Part shown: piece by piece, positions 1 through 13,491 of the stretch | Position numbering within the stretch: position 1 is the first letter of the stretch | How the letters are laid out: each line of letters opens with the position of its first letter | DNA from: Calcarisporiella thermophila CBS 279.70 | Lineage: Eukaryota; Fungi; Calcarisporiellomycota | Assembly (NCBI RefSeq): GCF_041956535.1 | Contig: NW_027192215.1 | Coordinates: forward strand, 365,179-429,178 | Direction of reading: 5' to 3' | Length of the DNA stretch: 64,000 nt | Made by a program: the position numbers and the translations under genes | Notes under the pieces: generated by a model | What the model was told of the DNA's origin: nothing | Databases searched by the model: none | What the model saw: the letters and a program-made list of their open reading frames with translations, nothing else

Positions 1-1471
1 TAACCTACTAGAGGAAGGGAGAATTTTGATGGTGGTTTTTAGAAAGCTACTACAAGTGATTGTGTATCGATTGCACTAAAAATGAGCGCTCTAGGTTGGA
101 TACTCGCAGAGTTATTAGCACTCAAAGTTTTTGCTATAATACTAGAGATTTATATCTAAATAGTTTGGTCCAATCAAATCCCATAATTCTTATTTCTATA
201 TTTCTGATTCTGTCTGATTTTTTGTGGAAACTCCCAAATAAGGGGTTGAATTTTTTAATCGCTCTGCCATCCAATTTATCCCACAAATAGTCCATAATTC
301 AACTAGCTCACTTAACTACTTAAGCTAGATTGTCGATAAACAGGTATAGAAGGGTTCTGACCGAAATAGCGAGCGTTTATAAATGTTCAGCATTTAGTAA
401 CATGGGTCGATTGATTTCAAATAACAAATTGATACAAACTGGCAATCAATGGATGATATCGCTTAAGACTAATCGCCAATATTGTTGACAAGTAATTTTG
501 TCCTTCGTTGGATAAGTCTGGTTAGATGCAGAAGCTACACAAAAATACGTCGCTCTGATGGTACGTGGCTAGGGAGTAGAGTCGGAGGAAAGGCCGAGAT
601 TTGGAGTAATCGTAAGCACACTTCAGGTTTACACTTACAATCCACTATTTAACAACTCTATAATGTGAATTTGCTAATCAATATCAACCTTTAAACCTGC
701 ACTCACATTAGATAGCTTACCTTTTAGACTGAATAACCATACGTTCATAAATACTATCCTCCTTCAAGGTATATTTAACCATTTTATACTGATACTTGTT
801 TTCCTTATTTGTAAGTTCATTATACCATTGCGTGTTTACTCAGCTCGAATAATTAAATATCTATGTGAAAACTGGTGCTTCGAGAAATTAGTTGAGAATT
901 TTGTCGGTGGTTGCTGCATAGAATAAAGATTAGTTTTCCCAAAATCCGATGCACCTTATTAAAGTATCAAGTGGTTTAAGATCTCAAATATAGTCTTTTT
1001 AGAGTGGCTTTCGAAAGCTGCAAGGTCATAATGCATACATATTTGTCAACTCGCAGAGCCTGTGTGGTTAATTACACGAGATTTGAATGAATCTTTTGAA
1101 TACTGAGATCAAAATCAGACTTAATGAGCTTGGTGTTGCTTGACTATAAAATCAAGTTAATTAAAACTAGTAGGAGTATTACCAGATATTTTGCGCTCAG
1201 AAAGGGAACGAATGAGGTGCAAAGTAGCTATTTGATTCGAGGGGACACAGAACCAACATTAAACTGTGACTGATTTTCAATCAACGCCCCCTTATGACAT
1301 CACACTTGAAGCTCTTAATTTCAACTCCGGAAACACAAATTTTTTGTTTTCAATTTTCCTCTCTATCCTTTTCGAAGTTACTGAAGTGTAATTGAGCTTG
1401 GACTATCATCTAGGCGGCCAAAGACTATAGACTTCTTGACCAAATAGAAAACAGCTGCTAAAAGTAAAATC

Positions 1472-2992
1472 ATGAGCAATAATCTAGGAAGGTTGGTATT
1501 TCTCGGAACATACATATAAAGATTTTCAGAATTCTAACTATGGTTACACACTGTTCTTAGCAAAGAGGAGTTTAATGATGATGTGGGGGGTGTTATTGAG
1601 GTAACTATCTCACGAACATTCATAGCAAGGACTTCAAACAACTGAACCATTTTTTACTTTTCCTTCTCTATGATCATAGTCCAACTGGGATGAAATTGTT
1701 GACAACTTTGATGATATGAAATTGAAGGATGAACTCCTTCGTGGTATCTATGCATATGGTTTTGAACGCCCGTCTGCAATTCAGCAGCGGGCTATTATGC
1801 CCGTGATCAAGGGGCACGATGTAATTGCGCAGGCGCAATCTGGTACTGGCAAAACTGCCACATTCTCCATCTCGATCCTCCAAAAAATTGATACAGGTGT
1901 TAGCCAGTGCCAGGCACTCATCCTGGCGCCAACTCGTGAACTTGCACAACAGATCCAGAAAGTGGTGATTGCACTTGGTGATTTCATGAACGTTGACTGC
2001 CATGCGTGCATTGGTGGAACGAATGTACGCGAGGATATGAAACGTCTTGAAGCCGGTGTCCACGTTGTTGTGGGAACGCCCGGTAGAGTGTTTGATATGA
2101 TTAATCGCCGTGCTCTTAAGACTGATAACATCAAGATGTTCGTGCTTGATGAGGCTGATGAGATGCTATCCCGTGGGTTCAAGGAGCAGATCTATGACGT
2201 ATTTCAACGCTTGCCCCCAAGCATGCAGGTAGTATTGCTGTCCGCCACTATGCCCTCCGACGTGCTCGAGGTGACAAACAAATTCATGCGGGATCCTGTG
2301 CGTATTCTTGTGAAACGGGACGAGATCACGCTGGAAGGTGTAAGTTGAATATTTTTACACGCAATGCGCATCTATCTTCGAGTTTCATTTCCAAACCCAA
2401 TATTAATATGCTTTAACCTTTATTTCTAGATCAAACAATTCTATATTGCTGTAGAAAAGGAGGAATGGAAACTCGACACCCTGAGTGACCTCTATGAGAC
2501 AGTGACCATCACTCAAGCCATCATCTTCTGCAACACACGACGCAAAGTAGACTGGCTGACGGAAAAATTAACAGAACGCGAGTTCACCGTGTCCGCCATG
2601 CATGGAGATATGGAGCAGGTGCAGAGAGACCTTATTATGAAAGAGTTCCGTTCTGGTTCTTCCCGCGTGCTCATTACGACTGATTTAATGGCCCGTGGAA
2701 TTGACGTGCAGCAAGTCTCACTCGTCATCAACTATGACTTGCCTACAAACAAAGAGAATTATATTCATCGTATTGGACGTGGAGGACGTTTTGGTCGCAA
2801 GGGTGTTGGAATCAACTTTGTGACTGAGGGCGATGTGGGCATGATGCGCGAGATTGAAAAATTCTACAATACTCAAGTTGAGGAAATGCCCATGAATGGT
2901 ATGTTATCGAAGTTTTTTAAATATGGTTGTTTAAAATCGATTCTGACAAGTATTTTTTTTATTTTAAATACATAGTTGCGGATCTCATCTAA
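1472..2992 (+). CDS. TIF1: Eukaryotic translation initiation factor 4A (DEAD-box RNA helicase), 5 exons
   Basis: Exons 1472-1491, 1561-1600, 1680-2339, 2430-2898 and 2976-2992 join in frame across GT-AG introns: MSNNLGSKEE...[13 protein letters not shown]...[39 protein letters not shown]...MPMNVADLI*. Confidence 0.97.
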
Positions 2993-4774
2993 GCTTTAAC
3001 AAGGATCTCCAATGATTTCCCTCTCCCCCCTCCCTTTAACATCATTTCATTCGTTATCCCTTTCCGATTTTTTTATATCGCCTCTAGTCTATCCTTGATT
3101 CTCAAATTGCGTATATGTTCTTTTTACTATAATTATAATGCACAAAAGAGGGAAAAAATTATATAGGCAATATAGACTACTTATTCTTACCATCAGACCT
3201 ACTTGCATTAAATTTCACTTAGAAAGCATTTTTATTTTTCTATTGACGGATTGAAAATAAGATTCCATCCGGTTCTGCATCTCATTAGATGTTGAGTATA
3301 CTTATTATAATAGGACCTCGAGTAGGAAGTCATTGAAATATACATTGAAATTTTTCGACGATATATTTTGAAAAAAATTGCAAGATTGTTCCCTATTTCT
3401 CATCGGGTTCAGTTCTTTTGGCTTTCGGGAATCGCTCTTGTTGTTTCCCTTGCAAATATTAAATTTCTATTCACCCTTCTGGAAATAGCTATTTGATTTA
3501 TGGTCAAAAAATTGTCTTATAATTTGAGTTGGACAACTTAAATTCCTAATTAATTCTGATAAATCTGTCGCCAGTATTGAACTTAGGTTTAAATTGTAAC
3601 ATTAAGCTACAGAGCTATTAACTAGTTTGCTGAAATTAGTGTTTTTATTTGTATTCTTCATAGGATTTTAAGCTTAGTCGAGAACGATTTAATCGTTTGG
3701 ATTTGGCATAGAATGACATGTAGAATGCTCATGTCCACGCCACTTCAGATAGGCACTAATATGTTTTATTTTTGCAAAGGGTTAAATCACATTGATGGTA
3801 TTTACCCAAGTCTGATGAGGTTAACCACATGTAACCTTTCGTAAGATCAAAATGTGCTAAATTGCACTCATTATGATCACTCAGTTCTGTAACAGAGTAA
3901 AATGCAAATGCATCTGATTTTGGGCATATAGTTTTGCAGTTTACATGATATATACAACTCCGCAAGATAATAGTAGCACAAAAATCAACACTAGTGAACA
4001 CTATTAGAAAAGTACCCCGTTCTTTACTAATTCGTTAGTGTCATTGGTATCGTCATGATGCAGAGAAAAATGTGGTAAAAAACTTCGAGAAATCTTTCCA
4101 GGTCCTACTCGTACTTATTCCGAAAGTTTTCTTGCCACCACGTGCCAGGTTACAAAAAGCCGGTAAATGCAAATCTATTGACATATCATCAGCACAATGA
4201 CATGTGATGTTGAAGCATCTACCGATGTCATTCTAACATGAAAGATCCAGTAAATTGATATCACGCATTCATAATTGCCAGTGCTCTTTGCTTCATCGAC
4301 TCTTTTTGGTCATGTTATTTACATTTAGCCAGGCTACACTATAAGGGCAGTATCAAGTTGGGCAATTATGAAAGTTGTTAATGCCTGCATAACTGTGATA
4401 TACACCCACTACCAGAACGTATTCGCCATATGGTTATAGCAATATGTTTTTTGAAACCACAGTATCCGCTGCCAAGCTCATTCGCAATGAGGACATCTGG
4501 AATAATGTTTATCAAGCCGGGTACAAGCTTGAGAGGACCCTGTAATTTCACCCCCAATGGAGAGTGGTTGATGTGTTTTCCCCTACCCTTATTCTGTTAC
4601 TCCCTCATCATGGGGCATCTATATTGAGGTGCCCAAGGCAACCATCGTACCATTCTCGATCTCTGAAATCTTTACATTCGAGCAAGGTAAAAGCCAAATC
4701 CTACGCGTATACATTAGTTTCTGGAGAACGACCAGGCGTGACTGGTAGTCCGAATATATTCCAGATAATATTTG

Positions 4775-4994
4775 TGTTACGTCAGTTAATAGCACACTTG
4801 TACGAGCACGCGCCTTACATGTACGAGCATACGTCTCACCATCTTTACTTCTTTTTATCTCCTACCCTATCCCATCAGATATATATATAGTATGTGCTTT
4901 CTCTCTTATTAAATTCCGTAGTGTGTGTTATTTGTGTTAACCCTTCTGTCTGTTTACTTTCCTTTTATCAATATACTCTTATTAAAATACAACA
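4775..4994 (+). mobile_element. Possible solo LTR (about 220 bp)
   Basis: TGTT...AACA termini, internal TGTACGAGCA direct repeat, TATA-like run, pyrimidine tract and ATTAAA before the terminal CA. The flanks (ATTTG/GTTTC) do not form a clean TSD. Confidence 0.3.
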
Positions 4995-7900
4995 GTTTCG
5001 AATGAGAATAAGTGATTTGTCAAGTAGCCAAATTCCAAAGGACAGGCTCTTTTGAGCCTACCCTTTGTGCTCAGCCACCGCAACATGTCGACACGCTGGG
5101 GCCTCATGTGCTTCAACCTTCAACCAGCTCTCGTGATACGGAAGGCGTATCGTGAAGCAATTCCACCACAATAACCTCCAAAATTCATTATATTATTTAG
5201 CAGAGAAACTTAAGTTCTACTTTAACTCAAATAGGGTGAAGAGTACTTCAGGATAGCACTCTATCACGGAGGGTGAAGACTTCTGCTGCTTGACCAAAAA
5301 CGGCTAATTCAGCCCTAGAATGGTAGAGAATCTGGACAACTGCGCATAGAAATCCAGTTCTTCCAAAACACCATTCCCTTCGCTGGTAAAATCTCGTAGA
5401 GAGGGTACCGACCAACGTTTTAAACGTCAGGCAGGATCATCGATGCACTCGTTGCATCCTTCACAAGGAGAACATATGACAAGACTTCTTTGAATGGCTC
5501 GGTCTCAACCCGAATTGGGACTAGGCCACCAAAGTATTCACAGTATTCACAGTATTTCGTCTACAACATATCAAAGGCAGTGTCCAGAGCAAACCTGATA
5601 CTTGGGATATTAGTGGGAATATAATCCAACTTGAAGCTCAAGTCGTGTTGGACGCAGTGCTCTGTCAAGTTATAGAGGATGCATTACATAGTAATTTCGA
5701 TAATGTACAAATCCAACCAAAGAAATCTGCCAGAGAGCTAGTGGGCAAATAGTGAGCTTGATAGGAGCAGGATGAAAGCAAGCTAAAATGGGGTGTGGAG
5801 TAGAAGTTTCCAGAACAAGGTAGAAAAGCCGTGGAGCTAGGGTAGAGAAGGTGGAAAGGCACCATCTGATCTTGGAGGTAACAGGACCAACTCTATACTC
5901 GAATTTTTATTTTTCCTCTATATTATCTGTCTTACTTATTTCGGTCTATTCCAGCTATTATATTTTATTAGCAAAACATTTTATCTTATTTTTTATCCTT
6001 TTTTATATTATTGGGTATTGATTACACCTCATTCTATTTTTTATTTTCTCTCTTTCTTTTGCATTTAAAACTATTGCTCGATTTGTAAGACTATCACCCT
6101 ATAAAAAAGGCGATGGTCCTATTTCACAGAGATTTAATTGTATTACTTTTAACCTTTAGTATGTGTTGAAAAAGCCACGCGGAAATTTACTGAAGTGTTT
6201 TCGAATTGCGTGTTAAGTCGGAGTTGTATTAACTAAGCAATAATATATATAACTTTCTCATATGCTTTGATCTTTTATTATGTAATTCAGGCACTCTAGT
6301 TTAAGGGATTGAATAAGTGAAGGTAGTAATTAAAGTGTTTATCTCTTTCTTCATATTATTTATAAATACTAGCCTACTACTTTTTTTTCAACTACATCTT
6401 TCCCAAAAATTCTCTTTCATTGGCTCTATATACTAATTACAAAATCCTATCAAAACTCCGTCGCAATTCTTGGAATATATTAAGGAGGGCTTAAGAGTTT
6501 TATTGATTATTATTCTAAATAGAAAAAGCATATTTGCAATTGTAAGAAACTGTTAAAAGAAGGTAGTCTTTGTCTAGGGTTGAAAATTTGGCCTAGTATT
6601 CGACTGACAAGATTTCTTACCAGTAAGAGAGATCCGTGTATATCATTAACAAAAATCGGAGTTATGCATAACGAAAATACATAAAACGTGTAAAATACGT
6701 GAGAATTAGGCAAATGAATCATGCAGGTAATGTCCTACAATGTTATAGCAAAATTTAGTTTTTTACATTCTTCACAGTTTAAAATACTATTTTATTGAAT
6801 TAATAGGTCAAGAAATAGGTTTAGACTAGGGGATTTTTCCGATTGTTAAAACCCAAGGTGAAGGATATTACGCTTTATTTAAGATGCTACGCCCAAGTTA
6901 TTTTATAAATCTAGAAGCCATCTTTATCAATAGAAAAATTTCCAGTAAATATACGTATTTATAATCAATCAATTGTACGGGCAAACTTAAATAAGTATGA
7001 CATACGATCCTGGGAAGATATGTTGGACATACAAGTAATATGAGCGTCGCGGAGTAAGGTCCTTTTGGCATTGAACTATTTCACAATGACTTTAATACAA
7101 CTCCTATCATCTCTATATATACATATATTAAAGTAATATTGCCTTCATGTCTACATGGGTGTGTAGAATATAATACTGGGAGAATATAAGATAAATATAA
7201 TATAAATTATTAGATAAATACGAATATTCATCTGATAGAGACATAATGTTCATATTTGTAATTAAATAGCCGAGACTCACAAAGGATCAAGGTTATAGTA
7301 AGCAACGCACGAACGAGATTAATACACTCCGCAAAACTGGCTCATCAGTATTGCGTACTCGAGCAAATTTCCTGTTGGGGCAAAATACGCTTACACAGGT
7401 CTTACATGGAACAAGGTAAGTTTTAATATAAGTAGCTCTAGGCTCCTTTTAGGATGTTTGAGATGACTGGATATGGAGTTGCCGCCTTAGGGATGACTGA
7501 TGTTTGTCATCTCTAACTCAAGTCTAAAACTTATATTCATAACCACAGATGAGCCTCGATTGCAATGATAGACTGCCAAATGATTTAGGGAAAACTCCAA
7601 TCCCTTTACTGCCAAGCCTGGACATGGTCCGTTCATAGGCTATTGCATAAAAGGGATAATGATTTTCCGTATTTAAATTTTGAATGGCTGAGCCATTCCT
7701 TTTTCTAATATCGGTTTAACACCTTTATAGCTGTATGACAATTGCTCGATAGTATCTCGACTTTAAAAATCCTTAATAGCGAATTGTATTATAACGTGGG
7801 CATCGCAAAGTCTTTTTAACAATTATCAGTTTTCTTGTATGAGTAAGCATCAACACCAAGTTTTCAATTGGAGATTTGGATTCTGAAACACAGATTCGGG

Positions 7901-8528
7901 AAAATAGTTCCCTTGATTCATGCTAGGTATAAGACGTAATTCAAGAATTAAATGGTGTACGCATTGATTTTACCAACCGATAAAAAACTTAAACTTTATA
8001 TTAAACATTTCAAACGGAAATAGTATCTTTAAATCGAGAACGAAATAATATTATTAATTACATGGAGTACTATTCCCACACGTTAGCGGAAACTTAGTAG
8101 ACGATTGCGAAATTTTCACCTATGGTCATAATATATGGACACTTTGATGAGAGGTAAACTTATATTAAGAAATGGAAGGTGCCCCAGGTTGGAATCAACA
8201 AGATTAGAGTGAGGGATCCTAATGTAGCGGTAGCGGTACCCCTCCATAAACTCAAAGTAGTCAAATTTTCTTTACTTTGAATAAATCAAATTGAATGTAG
8301 AAGTAGAGCGATTCGGACTACGACACATCATAGGAGAAAAAAGAGTGAAAAAAAGGAAAAAAATATATAAAAAGAAAAACTTTAAAATTCTTTATATAAA
8401 TATTTTGGGTATAAAGAAAACCTACGGCTTTCACCGCATTGTTTTTTTTGCTATATTTTAGATCCCTATATATATAAATCCAACAATACTTTTTTCGATT
8501 ATAAAAATTCCTTTTCACTTTGATAAAA

Positions 8529-11500
8529 ATGACTATTAACGAAGTTACTCTTCAAGACAAAAAGAGCAAAGCTAGTCAAGTTTTGACTAATATTGTTGGT
8601 GGTATCAAGCCCCGGGAAGTGGAAGATATATACCCAGCTACCCCCTTGCAAACAAGCTTTATCACGGCTCTTGCTCACGACCCTCAATCCCACTTGATGC
8701 AAACGGTTTATGAGATCGAAGGTGATTTTGATATATCTCGATTGAAGTCCGCTTGGCATAAAGTCGCAGCTGCAAATACCATTCTGCGTACGGCTTTTGT
8801 CTCGACTCAAGAAGGCGTGTTTCAGGTGGTGCTTAAGTCACCACAAGATGTTTTTGAACGATATATGGAATAGAATGAAGAGGATGTTCATGAACTCCAG
8901 GAGAATTATTTGATATCTGATCGTCGCCGCGGATTCCGTGTGGATGCAACTGCGTTTATAAGGCTTGGGGTTGTCCATATAAAAGGAAAGAACCGTTATA
9001 GGCTCTTCTGGACGATACATCATTCTGTTATGGATAGAGTGTCATTTTTTGTGGCAATTAGCGATACGCTGCAAACATATTTAAGTGGAAGTGTGAAGTC
9101 TCGAACACCATTCAAAACACACGTTGAGTCCATCTTATCAGCCAATTTTACTGAAGCAAGAGATTATTGGAAGGCCGTCTTCGCAGGTGCCACAGTCCCT
9201 GAGAAGCTGAATTTTTCCGACGGCAACACAGAACTCGAGGGATCAGGCATGCTCATGCAAACTTATAATCTAGATGTTTCAATGGATGCAGTGCGGCGCT
9301 ACTGTAACCAAACCGGTCTTATCCAGTCAAACTTTCTACAAGCCATTTGGGCCATAGTTTTGCGACATTATACACGTAGTGATGATGTGATCTTTGGATG
9401 TGTTGCCACGGATGAAAATGCCAGCGATTCTTTAAGGTTTGATCAATATATATAACAATTGCATCACAAACCTTGTGGTTTGTGGCTGGAGCCCCTTTTT
9501 TCGGTTAGATTATTAATATGCTTATAATTTTAGATCAATTGGTGTGCTTGGGAATATAATACCAGTCCGGGTCGTGCTAAAAGATTCGATGACAATGTCA
9601 GAGCTTGCGCTGGCTATGCAAAATTATCATAGGGCCTCACTTCCTTACAGCCATGTTCCGCTTGCTGATATCAAGCGTTGGACAGGTTTGCCTTGGATGC
9701 AGGAGATGTTCCCAACTCTATTTGATTTCCAACAAATCGGCGCTCAACAAATTGCGTTCGAAAGCATCGGGAATGGATTTAAAATTACTAAATTAGATAG
9801 TTACGAGTCCAGGAAATATTCCATATCACTTAATATAAAATCAACATCAACATACTTAAGTGCAGATATCTTATTCAGTTCTGCCATAGTCGGTTACGAC
9901 GTCATTAGTAGGATGATATCCAAGTTCAATGAGGTGCTGGGAATAGTATTGAACACATCTGCAGATTCGATTCCAACACTAAGTGATCTCGATTCACTTA
10001 CTTCAACTGATATTTCATTTATTTCAAAAATAAGTCACGGAAAGCACACCCCATTAGTCTATCAATGTCTTCACCATGGATTTGAGATCAATGCTATCAA
10101 ACAACCTCATGCCATTGCTGTCGAGGAACTCACAGGAGTTACCATTACTTATGGCGACTTGGATGCGCGCGCCAATGCCCTAGCCCATGAACTGAGAAGG
10201 GAGGGTGTAGCTCCTGGAAGCAGAGTTGGTCTCGTCATCAAGAGATCGATCGAGATGCTTGTCGGTATCCTTGCTATCCTTAAAGCTGGAGGCGCTTATG
10301 TGCCAATTGATGCCGCATTTCCAAGAGATCGTATAGAGTATATTCTGAGCGATGCAGGCTGTGATATTGTAGTCACAATGAGGAGAGCAATTAGTTCATC
10401 CATTCAGAAGGAGTCGCGTAAAATCATGCTGATAGATGATTATATGCAGCAGCTACAAGGCGAAGTTACAAAACCCGAGGATTTAAGCACAAGTGATGAC
10501 ACGGCTTTTGTGGTTTACACCTCCGGAACTACAGGCAAGCCAAAAGGAGTTCCAATTCATCATGGGGGAGCTATGAATTGCGTGCAGGATCTCCTCAGCA
10601 AGAATGGATCAGGGCCAGGAGTAGCACAAGCGCAATTCATGGCGGTAGGGTTCGATGGTGCAGTTTCAGAGATTTTTCCGTGCCTGACAAATGGCGGAAA
10701 GTTAATCCTTCGGTCTGGAGAGGATGTGCTTGAGTCATTAAAGAAAGTACAGTCGCTAATGATAACTCCGAGTGGCCTACAGCATATCAATCCAGAGAGC
10801 GTTCCAAATCTACAAGTCGTTATACTAGTTGGTGAACCGGTTCCTCAAGTATTGGCTGAACATTGGTTGCCTCACGTGAAAATCTTTAATGGATACGGTC
10901 CTACGGAAACAAGTCTAGGTACTAGCGTGCAGGAGCTTAAACATGGGCAAAGAGTGGGAGTAGGACGTCCATTTAACAACGTATCATACTATGTGTTGGA
11001 CCATAACCTCAAGATGGTTCCATTGGGAGTCCCAGGAGAACTCTATATCGGAGGCCCTGGTGTTGCAAAGGGATATGTTAATCGACCAGATCTTACCGAA
11101 GAGCGCTTCATCGATAATCCATTCTCTGCAGGAACCAAAATGTACCGAACTGGCGATTTAGTACGCTGGAACTCGGAAGGCAATCTTGAGATAATGGGAC
11201 GAATAGATGATCAAGTGAAACTGAAGGGATATCGTATTGAGCTTGGTGAAGTAGCCTCCGCCATGAATGCATATGTCGGGGTAGATGCAGCCGTGGCTGT
11301 AGTCAAGGACAACGCACTCATTGGATTTGTCACTCCTGATCATGTGGATGTCGAAGCTCTGCGAGATTCTTTGTTCGAGTTTCTTCCCGAGTATATGGTG
11401 CCCGCTACCATTGTGGCTCTGGAGAAGTTCCCCTTGACAACCAATGGAAAAGTTGACAAAGCGAAGCTGAAGGAGATTCCACTTCAACAAGCTGATAGCC

Positions 11501-12519
11501 AGCAGCTACCGGCTACCGACAAGCAGAAGCTGGTTGTCAATCTGATGGCGTCAGTTCTCAACATTGATGCAAGCACAATTGATATAAATACATCATTCTT
11601 TGCTCTTGGTGGCGACTCTGTCTCTGCTATAGCGTTTGTAACGGTACTCCGCAGACATGGTCTTCATATTTCAATTAAACAATTATATAAAACACCAACA
11701 CCTGCGAGACTGGTGGCTGAACCCACGTCTAATACCGCGGATAACTCGGATATAGTTGTCAACCATAATCCTACCATCAATACTAATCCGGTATCCGGAA
11801 AATCTCTTCGTATTGTCTGTCTTCACGGATCAAATATGAGCGGGAAGATCATGAAGCTCAAGATGGCGCCGCTAGAAAAGACACTTGGTTCTGCAGTTAA
11901 TTTTATCTACATAGATGCCTGTTACGAGTCGTCCTCCGACTGTACTTATCGAAAATACTCATTATATAATTCCATGATCTAACTTTCTTAATTTATACAT
12001 ATAGTTGCTCAAGAAGTGAAGAGATATTACGACAGCTCCGTCTTATCATGGACTCCGGCTGAACCGCCTCAGAGTAAGCAGGTTGAACGTGCGGTCTTCC
12101 ACATCCTCTCGATTTTGTCCTTCATTGGAAAGGTGGACGGTCTCTTAGGATTCTGCGAAGGATCCCGGATCGTTGAGCTATTGGATAGATTGGCACAAAG
12201 TGGAGAGATTAAACGACAGTGGGACTTCAGTGTTCATATATCTGGTGTCCTTCTCAATCCGTCTCCTACGTTTGATCTTCTACCACCCAAATTGGCAAAT
12301 CCTGACACTTGCCCCACTATATCGATTCCTTCTGCTCACTGCATGAGCCCCAACGACAAGTTTTATCCAATTAACTTGAAAATTCAAGGGCGATATAATC
12401 CAGAATTGAGCTTGACACTGGAACACGACAGCGGGCACTCAATTCCTCAAACACCAGGGCCTGTCAATGCCTTGGGATCACTAATACTGGAGACTGCAAA
12501 AAAGTGCCAAAAATTCTAA
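8529..12519 (+). CDS. Monomodular NRPS, C-A-T-(FSH1/LovG-like alpha/beta hydrolase); in-frame TAG at 8871-8873 (possible pseudogene or recoded gene)
   Basis: C domain: EDIYPATPLQ, ILRTAF, HHSVMDR, IGVLGNIIPVRV. A domain: YTSGTTGKPKG, NGYGPTE, GELYIGGPGVAKGY, YRTGD, GRIDDQVKLKGYRIELGE, NGKVDK. T domain: FFALGGDSV. C-terminal domain: LRIVCLHG...FIYIDA...GLLGFCEG...D...HDSGHSIP. Introns 9437-9533 and 11942-12004 restore the frame. ORFs 8520-8873 and 8910-9455 share one frame across a single TAG. Confidence 0.93.
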
Positions 12520-13491
12520 TACCTAAGGAGTTCGATGTTAATGAATTAGTCGCATACGTGTCAAATTCGACTACTACTTAAATATTATATATTTTCATCA
12601 TCTAGCCTATTATTTGGGGGTACAAATAACCTCCTATTCTCTTAATTTAGTTTCCTTATACTGAAGAGAGCGCTATGATTATTCTTTAATTTATTATTTA
12701 TTTAAATAAAAACTTGATGTGTCTGTATCCTAAATTTCAATTTAAAGTCTATAACTTTTATCCTTTAAGAACTAAAACTACAAGTGTTTTCAGAGGATTA
12801 GCTGAACCCGGTATACAAGTCTATTAAAAGGCGTCTTGCTGTTAAACTCTCCAAGAAATAGTTGAATAAATAATCTCCTATTTCACTCTTTCTCTGATAA
12901 AAACTCTTGCCGGCAATTGAACAAAATAACGGTATATGCTATTAACGAATATTTGAACGGCCTTCATCCTATTACACCAAGGCTGCCGACAAATGAGCTG
13001 CAATCAGAATAATCTGATTAGTTAAATTTAGGACAATATCAAAGTATCAAAGTATTCTTGTTTTGAATCACGATCTAAACTATCTACTTGTAAGATATGC
13101 AGTGAATCCTGCCTTCTCTACAAAATGCCCATGTAGGAAAAGATTGGATCTGCTTTCGAAATTATTGAAAGTTTTCAAGATATTTTTTATATTCGAGCCT
13201 AACACTATGGAATATGTTTAGTCGTATGATCAGAAAATAACCAGACCACGAGAGTTGGGCCGATAAAGCAATTTCGGCCGTAGCTACCAAAAAAAAAAAA
13301 GAAATACAGTAATTCATGAGACTCAAATACTTATTATAATAAACCTAATCTGAGTACATAAACAATTCACAGCATTTTAGCTACGGAGACACAAACAAAT
13401 ATTTCAATAGTACTTTTGGCAAATCTCATAGGCTACTCAGCTAAATAATAATGCGGCACTTGTCGTATCCGGTGCATAAGCACTTGTCATT

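Noticed and set aside
1674-2731. Antisense ORFs over eIF4A (and similar ones over NEO1, the fungalysins and the MFS gene)
   Set aside because: Shadow ORFs of conserved coding sequence with no independent features.
5000-5880. Possible retroelement internal remnant next to the LTR-like segment
   Set aside because: No PBS, PPT or recognisable protein motif.
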